From contig OZ241354.1 of assembly GCA_965199945.1 (NCBI GenBank), positions 996,638-1,060,637 of the forward strand: 64,000 bases of DNA. Reading direction: 5' to 3'. This document shows positions 51,401 through 54,914 of the stretch, piece by piece. This DNA comes from Candidatus Azotimanducaceae bacterium (lineage in GTDB: Bacteria; Pseudomonadota; Gammaproteobacteria; Pseudomonadales; Azotimanducaceae). How positions within the stretch are numbered: the stretch's first letter is position 1; every line of letters begins with the position of its first letter. The notes under the pieces were generated by a model. It saw only the letters and a program-made list of their open reading frames with translations. It was not told the origin of the DNA and made no database searches. The position numbers and the translations under genes are program-made.

Positions 51401-52334
51401 GGGAACTCTGGACCTGGCGCGCCTGCCGCGTCTCGACCTGCGCGGCGCCGGCGCCGAATCGCTGCGCGCCGACGACCTGCTGGGCCTGTCCGGGCTGCGG
51501 ACGCTGGACCTGGGTGGGAACGCGCTGCGCGAACTGCCGGCGGCGCTGCTCTCCCACTCGCCGCGCCTGCGTTCGCTGCGGCTGGACGGCAACCGCCTGC
51601 AGTCGCTGCCGGCGGCCCTGTTCGCGGGCGTCTCCGGCCTGCGCGAACTGCGCCTGTCCGGGAACCCCGGGGCGCCGTTCGCGCTGGCGCCGGTACTGCG
51701 CCGGACGGACGCCGAGCCGTGGGCGGCTGGCCCGGCGACGGTCGAGGCGCATCTGCCCCTGGGCGCGCCGTTCGCCATGCGCCTGGCGCTGTCGGCGATG
51801 GGCGGCGAAGCGTCGGCGGAGGAACTGGCGCTCGCTGCCGGCGCCGTGGCCAGCGGCGCGATGCAGGTCTCCGGCGACGGCCCGGTGCGCGTGACGCTGG
51901 CCGCGCCGACGATCCCGGACGCGCGCTGCGGCGACGGCCCGTGCTTCAACGGCCTTGCCCCGGAAGGCTCCGCGCTGGCGCTGTTCGCAACGCCGCCACG
52001 CATGGCTGGCGAAGTCGCGCCGGCGGAGCTCCTGGGCGCCGACGCCGTGCGCATCGACCTCTCGGCGCACTTCGCGGCGGGCGGCGGCGGGACGCTCTCG
52101 TACTCGGCGGCGGTGGATGACCCCCGCCTGGCGACGGCCTCCGTGGACGGCTCGATCCTGACCGTGGCGGCGAACGAGGACGGCGAGGAAGGCTTCGCCA
52201 CCGTGACGGTGGTCGCCACGGACGAAGCGGGCCAGACCGCGACCCTGCGCTTCCAGGTGGAGGTCTCGCCGCGACCGCCCGGCAACTGGCGCGGCTGGCG
52301 TTCAACCATCGAGACGCCGGCGGCCGGGCAGTAG
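33411..52334 (+). CDS. Giant secreted multi-repeat protein (6,307 aa): signal peptide, 3 N-terminal ~123-aa repeats, 8 Ca-binding/GLUG beta-helix modules, 4 He_PIG-type Ig domains, many Ig-like and Calx-beta-like domains, FN3, LRR
   Basis: A single uninterrupted ORF, 33411..52334, with a TTG start. The N-terminus is MKFSPRQAAVAACLLATFTAVSGWGQ. The motif DYDADDDGLIEI..L.QLNA.RWDLDGDG occurs 8 times, followed by F(D/R)GNGH.ISNL and GGLVG-type (GLUG) repeats, ending ...DPWDFG..NQ(Y/H)P.LK(W/Y). LP(A)GLS...GTPT marks the He_PIG domains. LTFT..NW(N/D)TAQTVTV...DD.D..(D/E)E marks the beta-sandwich domains. Confidence 0.9.
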   Translation: MKFSPRQAAVAACLLATFTAVSGWGQPVVSSVGLHGAPAASSGVYQLAEAITVRVTFDQAVDVIGAPQLALTIGTATRQASFSRRTGASLWFVYFVQSADSDTDGFAVGASALTLNGGTIKAAGGATNATLDLGRHALANANTYQVNGSLTTAPAVSQVLISSTPASGSAYQLAEVIWVGIVFDRAVDLTGAPQLALTIGAATRQASYVSGDGIGYLWFRYAVQSSDVDADGITIAATALTLNGGTIRIRGGTTNATLGLGTHAIMNSTSHQVNGALQGAPTVSAASIESSPARGDTYGLAETIWVRISFDRLVDLTGAPQLALTIGSTTRQASYDSGTGTSDLWFRYAVQVADADTNGISVGASALALNGGTIRVAGGATNATLGLGSAAIANAASHKVDGGTAVATLSGSSPATLNQGNLRRATVSVTFAPAYAAGADVSHFTLATTVPGLSVDKVSFNTGRTVATLRLHYDGSDFDAAAAIAVTVAAAATGRPAALTTLAQAVFPARWVNVSKKTVALTEGGSAGAYTVVLESPPTGNVTVTVTSDNAAVARSPGTLTFTTQNWNTAQTVTVTPVDDNADAHDELALVANVAAGGGYADSPVASRTVRVTVADDEQTGTDYDADDDGLIEISGHAQLNAMRWDLDGNGSSLNAGYATAFPSAATGMGCPDGGDSNQTPDGCKGYELTANIDLDTDGDGSADSQDAYWNGGQGWDPIGQQRKKSATPFTATFRGNGYSVSNMYQHHRHDIESSEALFGIIRNARVESVAVLGVDFGDGSRLNSPTGAIGALAGVAEGSTVAGVYAEGAMSIWNTGANETAGGLVGYCAGSTIHTSYSNVSIMQALNLGGLVGGVGTGSRTKQDSLGYGYGCRAYNSYVNGALGPQTGYRAGEPFTTGALFAGGSSIAVGDSYWDRQTTTKTSSSGSPDSDGLTTAELQAPTAATGIYAQWDDYDVDGDGRVDADDDAWHFGQANQYPALKWGGHAAATQFTAQLSGQTDTAPSYGGIWVANKTYVLGAAIQPFQIPPPTGGNGTYDYTVAGLPAGLSFDEDGTGDCMAARTVCGTPTATAPTTATVTVTVADADANVMTSDRATLTFTIALRRPRVLATPARLAIAEGGTGAYAVRLEQAPSANVTVAVSSDNATVTAGTSSLTFTTQNWNTAQSVTVTAAGDADAVDEAATITNTANGGPYTGASASVQVGVDDDEATGTDHDADNDGLIDIDSLAKLNALRWDLDGDGAASSGNETSYAAAFSGAVAVEHMGCPDSGTDGDTDGDCVGYELTADLDFDTNEDGKVDADDAFANWTPVVGWATMFNGRGHTISNLTVTGAGNDRGLFGTTTTASTIRALGLLDVRVTGPGVRLAALAGTMNGKVQAVYASGRVSGAGGVGGLVAEMQSASAAIVASYSTVAVECTASANWARAGGLAARNDGTITTSYAAGAITGDCPTGVKGGLVSTSSGTVTASYWDAGLTGIADDNDMASPEGLSTSAMWTPTEYGGSASDVYRLWNDQDVDGDGAVDADPWDFGTALNHPVLKWGGLDPADQRTDYDADGDRLVEISTLAQLNAVRWDLDGDGAPTADNVAAYFGAFFNPVFNPSGVGFCAPTEDDADDNDCLGYELLNDLDFDTDGDDSTHANGVGDSDDAYYNADDGWVPIGPNETPGAATHYRARFDGNGHVIDNLFVKRSRNYSGLFAALSDAAVVTSLGLPDAYVGDGQGTVGMLAGANRGRVAAVWSSGSVTARGNVGGLVGAAQATSTVVASYSTATVVCTQAGAYRAAGGLVGANGATSTIAASYSTGTVTGPCGLRRAFAYNEGTVAASYWDTTQTDIADDTENPPQPPEGRTTAVLQAPTDYDTVVGSPGEAIYAAWDDQDVDGDGATGDGDDADPWDFGLSNQHPILKYRGLAAAPQLDAQPDSAPDFGTATVSNKTFQNGQAIQAFQIPAAGAGNGALVYAESGLPAGLSLGTPICATARTVCGTPTADTAAVTVTITVSDSDSTMGSGDEDALTFTVEVVTPSAAISSPAALAEATLSNATVTVELTNAAFEAGVTSSSFTLATNPTLPGLSVASVATVNAGDTSATLTLGYSGGNFDTVRALSVTVADAAHTLVGALTTATVNIVPTPSVAVNPTSLSLTEGSSSGTYTVSLGGQPTGNATVTATSGDAAVHVDTDASPLARTLTFTPMNWDTAQTVTAAPQDDDDAADESVTIAHAVANYGGATAASVTVTVDDDETNGIVIDADPSTATVVDAGPVALREDAMHADNSRTYSVKLAAEPTATVTVTVTSTDTAAVTVDTDAATGLQSTLSFTTTNWDTAQTVTLAAVEDADPNNEETAIDHAAANGGYNGVTGRLTATVADDDVGVIVDTAPGRAGDQTTPIALREGQTGTYTVRLSTQPAGGNVTVEATSGNGAIDVAAGASGGTFGSTASLTFTATDWATAQTVRVFAEHDVDAVGEWEDISNTATGGQYSGETTDVRVTAQDDEMGGTDYDADDDFRIEIDSLAKLNAVRWDLDGDGDVDASGNETSYRAAFAGSVMAEDMGCLDGPDADQEGDCAGYELAAALDFDTDDDGDVDADDDYPSWAPIGGTYSATFDGNNHVISNLTIVDAAGSAGLFNTVSGAVRGLGLADVDVSGVGGSSTDIAPLAVVVNGTVIASWASGRVHVGSTGLARAGGLVGRVTGSGSRLAASYSTASVTGAGNSASYAGGLAALIHNGATVVACYATGLVDEGGSGSVRAGGLIGANTGPTTVRASYFAGTVAGSGVSGVTAADDGSGENYHNVYYDSGTTGLTAGSAAQTTSALQGPTSATGMLYAAWDDLDVNGNGTADEDPWDFGTAYNHPALKYGGMDVAAQRNDYDADGDGLIDISTLGQLHAVRWDLDGDGAPSTGNESSYYGSSAFFNGIFRASGVGLCPTTEDDADDNDCAGYELLNDLDFDTDGSGATWTESGGTVTGDSNDAYDNAGAGWEPIGAATAVGVSTHFNATFDGNGKIIDNLFVNRARDNSGLFAGLSANAKVRALGLPDALVRAGQDNVGVLAGESRGRIGAVWSSGAVVGDDDVGGLVGENRSFIAASYSTAAVECEDATGSGAGLAGVNSLLIDTSYSTGEVTGACATKAGLATGAGAAIGSYWDADLSRIADDVDDPPASPEGKSTLDLQTPTAYGTGDDDLYSTWDEQDVDGDGVYGEEEDGDPWEFGLPNQHPILKYRGLAAAPQLAAQPPVPDFGDRTVSNKTFQNGRAIQSFQVPAASGGNGALVYAQNGLPAGLSLGTPTCATARTVCGTPTADTAAVTVTITVSDSDMTTGSTDEDTLTFTVEVVTPSAAISSPAALAEATLNGAMVTVALTNAAFEVGAGTGNFSLTTNPALPGLSVSALATVNAGDTSATLTLGYSGGNFDTVRTFAVTVADSAHTLAGALTTGTVNIVPTPSVAVSPTSLTVTEGGSSGTYTVRLGGQPTGNVVVTATSNDAAATIDTDATPLTRALTFTPMNWNTAQTVTVAPADDDDAVDESVTISHAVANYGGATAASVSVTVEDDETARIVIDADPSTANVVDAGPVALQEDAMHADNSRTYSVKLAAEPTGTVTVTVASADTAAVTVDTAPATGLQSTLTFATTNWDTAQTVTLAAVQDDDPTSEEIAIDHAAQGGGYNGVAARLTATVADDDVGVLVDTDPNTSGDQTTPLALREGQTRTYRVRLSTLPAAGNVTVAVASGNGAIDVAAGASGGTFGSAANLTFTATDWATAQTVRVFAEHDADAVGEWTTISNAATGAQYSGETTTVRATARDDEMRGTDYDADDDFLIEIDSLAKLNAVRWDLDGDGDVDSSANEASYRAAFAGSIMAEDMGCLDGPDVDQEGDCAGYELMAALDFDTDSDGDVDADDPNSHANWAPIGGSYTAAFHGNNRAISNLTTSGAGDRGLFAALGTGSRVSNLGLLDVAVSSTSGTAGTINAGGLAAVNRGAVVAVHVRGGAVSASVSTANVRAGGLVGFHAGGSVTASYATAAASGTGQIAYVGGLAGEAQAAVAASYAAGAASGHQGIVRVGGLIGRTNASAAVVTNSYATGAVSRTGTGTSPLLGGLVGQQTSGSAAASYWDSQTSGQSSSAVGTTQTTSGLQTPTAYGTGASIYAAWDDYDTNGDGTVDAADDAWDFGSAYNYPALKYGGLDPASQRNDYDADDDGLIDIASLGQLNAVRWDLDGDGAPSTGNEASYHGAAAFFNPRFNPGGAGLCPTTAADADDDDCAGYELLNDLDFDVDGDNDVDANDAGSYPNWTPIGGTFAAAFEGNGRTISHLTRTGGGGGGGLFNDASGAVRNLGLPDVNITDAGTDSVQTVAALADRLLGSDAEATAVWATGTVASTGSTRVGGLVGHVREGARLAAAFFGGTVTASGASETGYAGGLVYALFQNATLTAGYFSGSATATNGVAGLVHVCGYNATMSASYAAASLSAPAPSLTTTGTGGVVNQLEIDDGPCTANDVYFDSTAASGVSAVRGSGQTTTALQSPTSAAGIYADWDDLDVDDDGSATEDPWDFGLPNQYPVLGYRGIPETPQLDAQPDTAPAFSGTVDDMTLPGNVAVEFQVPAATAGNGAYRYAASGLPAGLSFGLPDCADERTVCGAPTAASTGTVTVTVSDSDSNMEATDRDTLTFMATVPAASASIASTTPPALMETNLNGARVVVELAGSVFHGLSPAGFALATTPPIAGLSIASATRTSPTQATLTLRFDGTDFNTQATLLVRVLAAAHRFGGDQDTGAVAVAPAGGVMLSATTLALEEDPGTSNANVGTYTAVLTGQPAGAVTVTPASSNPDVTLSGALTFNATNWNTAQTVTATAGADDDAVDDVAHVTHAVQGVPGVTSGPRVRVTVNDKDAQGLTLDAATLAGSGVTEGMTATYTAVLDSEPTGPVTVAVSSSEDAATVDADAGAAGAQNTLLFHAMNWNTPQTVTVRAAEDDDGESETATLAHAVSGADYGEVADVDVSFTVSDNDAKGATLSTTTLNVQENGTATYTLVLDTQPVDGAVSVAVGIGSQTAATASPETLAFTAGNWDAPQTVIVVGVDDANTGNEIVAFTHTPTGGGYDGVSIANINVTAVDDDVAGLKVSPTSLTVAEGATATYTVRLNVAPTGTTTVTVGGATAKLAADTDTGTPGDQTTLSFDAANWDTAQTVTVTGAEDADGADETVGLAHAVAGTGDYAALAAIRRPGVDVLVRDDETAGVVLSPSSLAIDEGGTATYDVELSAPPATGAVTVTIAATGMAGLTTDASALSFTTTTWDTAQTVTVTAVADHARLENARGTLTHAVAGYGAVESGPDLPVRVANTTVDYDVDADGLIEVGSLAQLNAMRWDLDGDGAASSGNAAMYATAFPTPRGGGVCPTATSGTACDGFELTADLDFDTDGDGATHADGAGDDGDDYDNGGAGWTPVGADAATPFAGRFDGNGRIVRNLFVNQAAANYRGLFGVVSGRIAAVGLANAWVRGAHGAGALAGFASAAASVTGAWSTGAVSGDASAGGLVGRTQTGARIAASYSTAAVECRNAASGYAGGLAGGGSSGTTAVSTSWSAGAVTGACPDKAGLIGERAAATASWWDAAASGIPDDADLDSPEGRSTSDLQTPTSYAGLYANWNVDLDGDYDADDPWHFGSPRQYPSLKWRGFDPSKQFAVAEAPEPEPAEASSSVPTEVRAETTSQGLLVTWRAAAGATAYLVQWRQSGQAWSSQRQAETSETRYEIAGLPAGAYEVRVLAVVDGEAGEPSAPARGESGVPNRPPLAHGIADVDMDVGKTAEVDLDAAFSDPDGDVLRYAASADGDVVQAWASGETLRLRGMRPGEATVTATATDPEGLSASASFAVRVGAVLSLRGNPAAPEGGEAVLTAELSRPLGSDVEVGWRLAADGEPGTADADAADFAAWAGTATIAAGQTRARIVLAVLDDDEIEPARERFAVELEEPADPNVGLSARAWRALGAVQEGVCDRTPAVRAELSRGWRACRWPGTLDLARLPRLDLRGAGAESLRADDLLGLSGLRTLDLGGNALRELPAALLSHSPRLRSLRLDGNRLQSLPAALFAGVSGLRELRLSGNPGAPFALAPVLRRTDAEPWAAGPATVEAHLPLGAPFAMRLALSAMGGEASAEELALAAGAVASGAMQVSGDGPVRVTLAAPTIPDARCGDGPCFNGLAPEGSALALFATPPRMAGEVAPAELLGADAVRIDLSAHFAAGGGGTLSYSAAVDDPRLATASVDGSILTVAANEDGEEGFATVTVVATDEAGQTATLRFQVEVSPRPPGNWRGWRSTIETPAAGQ
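33490..34615 (+). repeat. Three tandem ~123-aa N-terminal repeats of the giant protein
   Basis: The pattern YQLAE.I.V...FD..VD..GAPQLALTIG..TRQAS......LWF.Y.VQ..D.D.DG......AL.LNGGTI...GG.TNATLGLG...I.N...H.V.G occurs three times. Confidence 0.8.
39085..41245 (+). repeat. Internal long duplication, copy A (He_PIG + Ig + four Calx-like domains + start of a GLUG module)
   Basis: High nucleotide identity (by eye roughly 85-90%) to 43006-45170. The offset is 3921 nt at TACCGCGGCCT (39129 vs 43050) and 3924 nt at GGCAACAACC (41214 vs 45138). Confidence 0.85.
43006..45170 (+). repeat. Internal long duplication, copy B
   Basis: See copy A. The protein segments are collinear, for example PILKYRGLAAAPQL...TVCGTPTADTAAVTVTITVSDSD...EVVTPSAAISSPAALAEATL. 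Confidence 0.85.
50460..50715 (+). other. Fibronectin type III domain of the giant protein
   Basis: PTEVRAETTSQGLLVTWRAAAGATAYLVQWRQSGQAWSSQRQAETSETRYEIAGLPAGAYEVRVLAV. Confidence 0.7.
51408..51670 (+). other. Leucine-rich repeat region of the giant protein
   Basis: LDLARLPRLDLRGAG..., LSGLRTLDLGGNALRELPAALLSHSPRLRSLRLDGNRLQSLPAALFAGVSGLRELRLSGNP. Confidence 0.75.
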
Positions 52335-52426
52335 GCTGAGCATGAACGGCCGCCATGTCGCACCCGGACAGGGGCGTACTTTGGCATGTTGTTTTGGCAT
52401 CCAACCATGAGGCGCATAATCGCCCC

Positions 52427-52777
52427 ATGAAAATGAAGCTGATCATTGCCGCCGTGGCGGAGGACAAGACCGACTCGGTGATCGAGGCCGCGCGCGCCGG
52501 CGGGGCCACCGGCGCCACGGTGGTGGCGCGGGGTCGCGGCGAGGGCTTGAAGCCGCACAAGACCTTTCTCGGCATGGATTTGGCGGCGCAGACCGACGTG
52601 CTGCTCTTCCTCGTCGTCGAACCACAGGCGCGGCTGATTCTGGAACGCATCCGCGATGTCGCGCACCTCGACGACGAGCACGGCGCTGGCGTCGCGTTTC
52701 AGCTGGCCATCGAGGATGTCGTGGGTCTGGCGACGCAGCTGCCGGTGATGGCCCGCGAGGTTGGAGACGCCCTATGA
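52427..52777 (+). CDS. P-II-like signal-transduction family protein
   Basis: Within ORF 52355..52777. MKMKLIIAAVAEDKTDSVIEAARAGGATGATVVARGRGEG...DVLLFLV has a GlnB-like beta-alpha-beta pattern. ATG at 52427. Confidence 0.6.
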   Translation: MKMKLIIAAVAEDKTDSVIEAARAGGATGATVVARGRGEGLKPHKTFLGMDLAAQTDVLLFLVVEPQARLILERIRDVAHLDDEHGAGVAFQLAIEDVVGLATQLPVMAREVGDAL

Positions 52778-53166
52778 GCGAAAACGCGCCGCGCCGCGTC
52801 AAGGACGTGATGGCGACCGAGCTGCACGTCGTGGACGGGCTGGCAACGCTGGAACAGGCACTGCGCGACATGGAGCGCCACGGCGTCAGCTCGCTGGTCG
52901 TCGCGCGCCGCGACGTGGACGACGAGGTGGGGCTGCTGGAGGTGGGCGGCATCGCCGACGCGGTGGCCGACAATCGCTCCTTGGAACGCACGAACGTCTA
53001 CGAAGCGATGACGAAGCCGGTGCTCACGCTGCCGCCCGACATGCAGGTGCGCTACGCGGTGCGTCTGCTGCGCCAGCACGGACTCAGCCGCGCCGTGGTG
53101 GTGGACGCCAACCGCGACGCGGTGGGCATGGCGACGCTGCGCGACTTGGTGTTGGCGAGCGTCTAG
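52774..53166 (+). CDS. CBS-domain pair protein
   Basis: ORF 52774..53166. Its ATG overlaps the preceding stop (ATGA). VKDVMATELHVVDGLATLEQALRDMERHGVSSLVV and VYEAMTKPVLTLPPDMQVRYAVRLLRQHGLSRAVVV. Confidence 0.8.
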   Translation: MSENAPRRVKDVMATELHVVDGLATLEQALRDMERHGVSSLVVARRDVDDEVGLLEVGGIADAVADNRSLERTNVYEAMTKPVLTLPPDMQVRYAVRLLRQHGLSRAVVVDANRDAVGMATLRDLVLASV

Positions 53167-53215
53167 GCGCGTTGACTGCACGCTGGCTTGCGAACGCGCC
53201 CGATGCCGAATGAGG

Positions 53216-53290
53216 GTGGAGCGGGAAACGGGGATTGAACCCGCGACCCCAACCTTGGCAAGGTTGTGCTCTACCACTGAGCTATTCCCG
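53216..53290 (-). tRNA. tRNA-Gly (anticodon GCC)
   Basis: The reverse complement reads GCGGGAATAGCTCAGTGGTAGAGCACAACCTTGCCAAGGTTGGGGTCGCGGGTTCAATCCCCGTTTCCCGCTCCA. Confidence 0.95.
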
Positions 53291-53376
53291 CAGCCGCAGA
53301 GTAGCCTGCCCGATGGCCGCGCGGATTGCAAGGCCGGCGGCGTGTTGGCGCGCTTGATGGGACACGAGGAAGACCT

Positions 53377-54339
53377 TTGAAGTTCGCCGTCTTGCAGTTC
53401 TTCAGCTGGCCGGGCCGCCGCGTGCCGTTGCAGACCGTGTACCGCCGCGCGTTGGAGCGGGTGCGGATCATGGACGGCGCCGGCTTCGACGCGGTGTGGC
53501 TGGCCGAGCACCATTTCTCCACCTACAGCGTGTGCCCGTCGGTACACATCATGGGCATGCACGTCGCCGACATCACGCGCAAGCTGCGCATCGGCACCGG
53601 CGTCAGCCTGGCGGCCTTCTACCACCCCTTGCGGCTGGCCGAGGAAGTGGCGCTGCTGGACAACCTCTCCGGCGGGCGCGTCAACTGGGGCGCCGGACGC
53701 GGTTTCGACCGCAAGGAAATGGAGGTCTTCGGCGTCGGGCGCGAAGAGTCCTACGCCCGTTTCCGCGAGAACGTGGAGGTGGTGCAAGGCGCGTGGCGCG
53801 ACGGCGCGCTCGACTACGCGGGCCGCTTCAACACCTACCGCGACGTCGAGGTGCTGCCGAAGCCCTTGCAGGATCCCATGCCGACGTGGATCGCCTCTTC
53901 GTCCGCGGAAGCCATCGACTGGTCGGCCAGCCGCGGCCACGCGATTCTGATGGACCCGCACTCCACCCACGAGGAGATCGCCGCCAAGTACGCCCGCTAC
54001 CGCAGCGCGCTGGAGGAAGGCGGCTTCGAGAACCGGCAGGACACGCCGATGGCGCGGCTGCTCGCCATCGCCCGCACGGACGAAGCGGCGGAGCGCATCG
54101 CCCGTGAAGGCGCCCGCTGGACTTTGGATTCCTATGCCGCGCCGGGGCCGGGCGCGCCCTCCAAGGAGGAGCGCATCGAGCGCTACGTGAACGAGGTCGT
54201 CGTCCACGGTTCGCCGGCCAAGGTGGTGGACGAGCTCAAGCGCTTGGAAGAAGAGATTCCCCTGAACTACCTGCTGGCGTCCATCTTGAGCCACGAGACC
54301 TTTCTGCTGCTCACCGACGAGGTGATGCCGAGGATGTAG
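53377..54339 (+). CDS. LLM-class (luciferase-like) flavin-dependent oxidoreductase
   Basis: Within ORF 53326..54339. LKFAVLQFF...GFDAVWLAEHHFSTYSVCPS...LAEEVALLDNLSGGRVNWGAGRG. TTG 53377 is the likely start. Confidence 0.8.
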   Translation: MKFAVLQFFSWPGRRVPLQTVYRRALERVRIMDGAGFDAVWLAEHHFSTYSVCPSVHIMGMHVADITRKLRIGTGVSLAAFYHPLRLAEEVALLDNLSGGRVNWGAGRGFDRKEMEVFGVGREESYARFRENVEVVQGAWRDGALDYAGRFNTYRDVEVLPKPLQDPMPTWIASSSAEAIDWSASRGHAILMDPHSTHEEIAAKYARYRSALEEGGFENRQDTPMARLLAIARTDEAAERIAREGARWTLDSYAAPGPGAPSKEERIERYVNEVVVHGSPAKVVDELKRLEEEIPLNYLLASILSHETFLLLTDEVMPRM

Positions 54340-54844
54340 CGCCTTCGGAACCGAACAGCGTCCCGTCCGGCAGTTCTTCCGGCGGGCGCTCGCCATCGTC
54401 CCGCCAGGCCTCGATTTCCGATTTCAGCGTCCAAGCGCCGGCGTGGTCGCGGCCAAGCAGCAGAAAGAAGCCGCGTTGCTGCGCGCCGTAGACCTCCGCG
54501 CACGCCAGCGCACTGTTGCCGTCGATGCCGATCCTGGACACGGCTACCACCGGCGCGCGGTGCTCGGCGTGGAGCCGCCGCGGCGAAGCGCCGCTGTCGT
54601 CGATGCGCAGCCGGGCGGCGCCTGGGCCGAAGTCCAGTGCGCCGGCATCCCCGGCGTTCGCTGCCAGGAATGCGGCGAAGAGCAGCGCTGGCAGGGCGGC
54701 GTCGGTTTCCCCGTGGCTGCCGCAGTCGCTTGGCCGGCTGGTGACGAGGACGCCGCCCAACGGCGCAAGGAAGTCCTGCACCAGCGCCTGCGCCACGTCC
54801 TGCTCGCGCGGCGCTGGAAGTTCGGGCGCGCAGCTGCTCAGCAC
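54311..54844 (-). CDS. Hypothetical protein (possible lipoprotein; start unclear)
   Basis: ORF 54311..54844. Codons in frame just upstream read ...QGALAAAALVLSSC (lipobox-like), but no canonical start codon precedes them. No motif recognised. Confidence 0.35.
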   Translation of the reverse strand: MLSSCAPELPAPREQDVAQALVQDFLAPLGGVLVTSRPSDCGSHGETDAALPALLFAAFLAANAGDAGALDFGPGAARLRIDDSGASPRRLHAEHRAPVVAVSRIGIDGNSALACAEVYGAQQRGFFLLLGRDHAGAWTLKSEIEAWRDDGERPPEELPDGTLFGSEGATSSASPRR

Positions 54845-54914
54845 CAGAGCGGCAGCGGCCAGCGCGCCTTGGCGGGCGCAACGCCCCCGTTGAACGGCGC
54901 TGTCCTCGACGGTG

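Noticed and set aside
33411-52334. Giant protein as an RTX / type I secretion adhesin
   Set aside because: There are no GGxGxD nonapeptide repeats. An N-terminal Sec-like signal is present. No ABC, MFP or TolC genes are in the window. The acidic repeats are DxDxDG/thrombospondin-like rather than RTX.
13062-53290. The whole 40-kb interval between tRNA-Leu and tRNA-Gly as one genomic island
   Set aside because: It contains core genes (rpsB, tsf) and several independent units. Only the 13.2-20.25 kb segment has repeat-defined borders.
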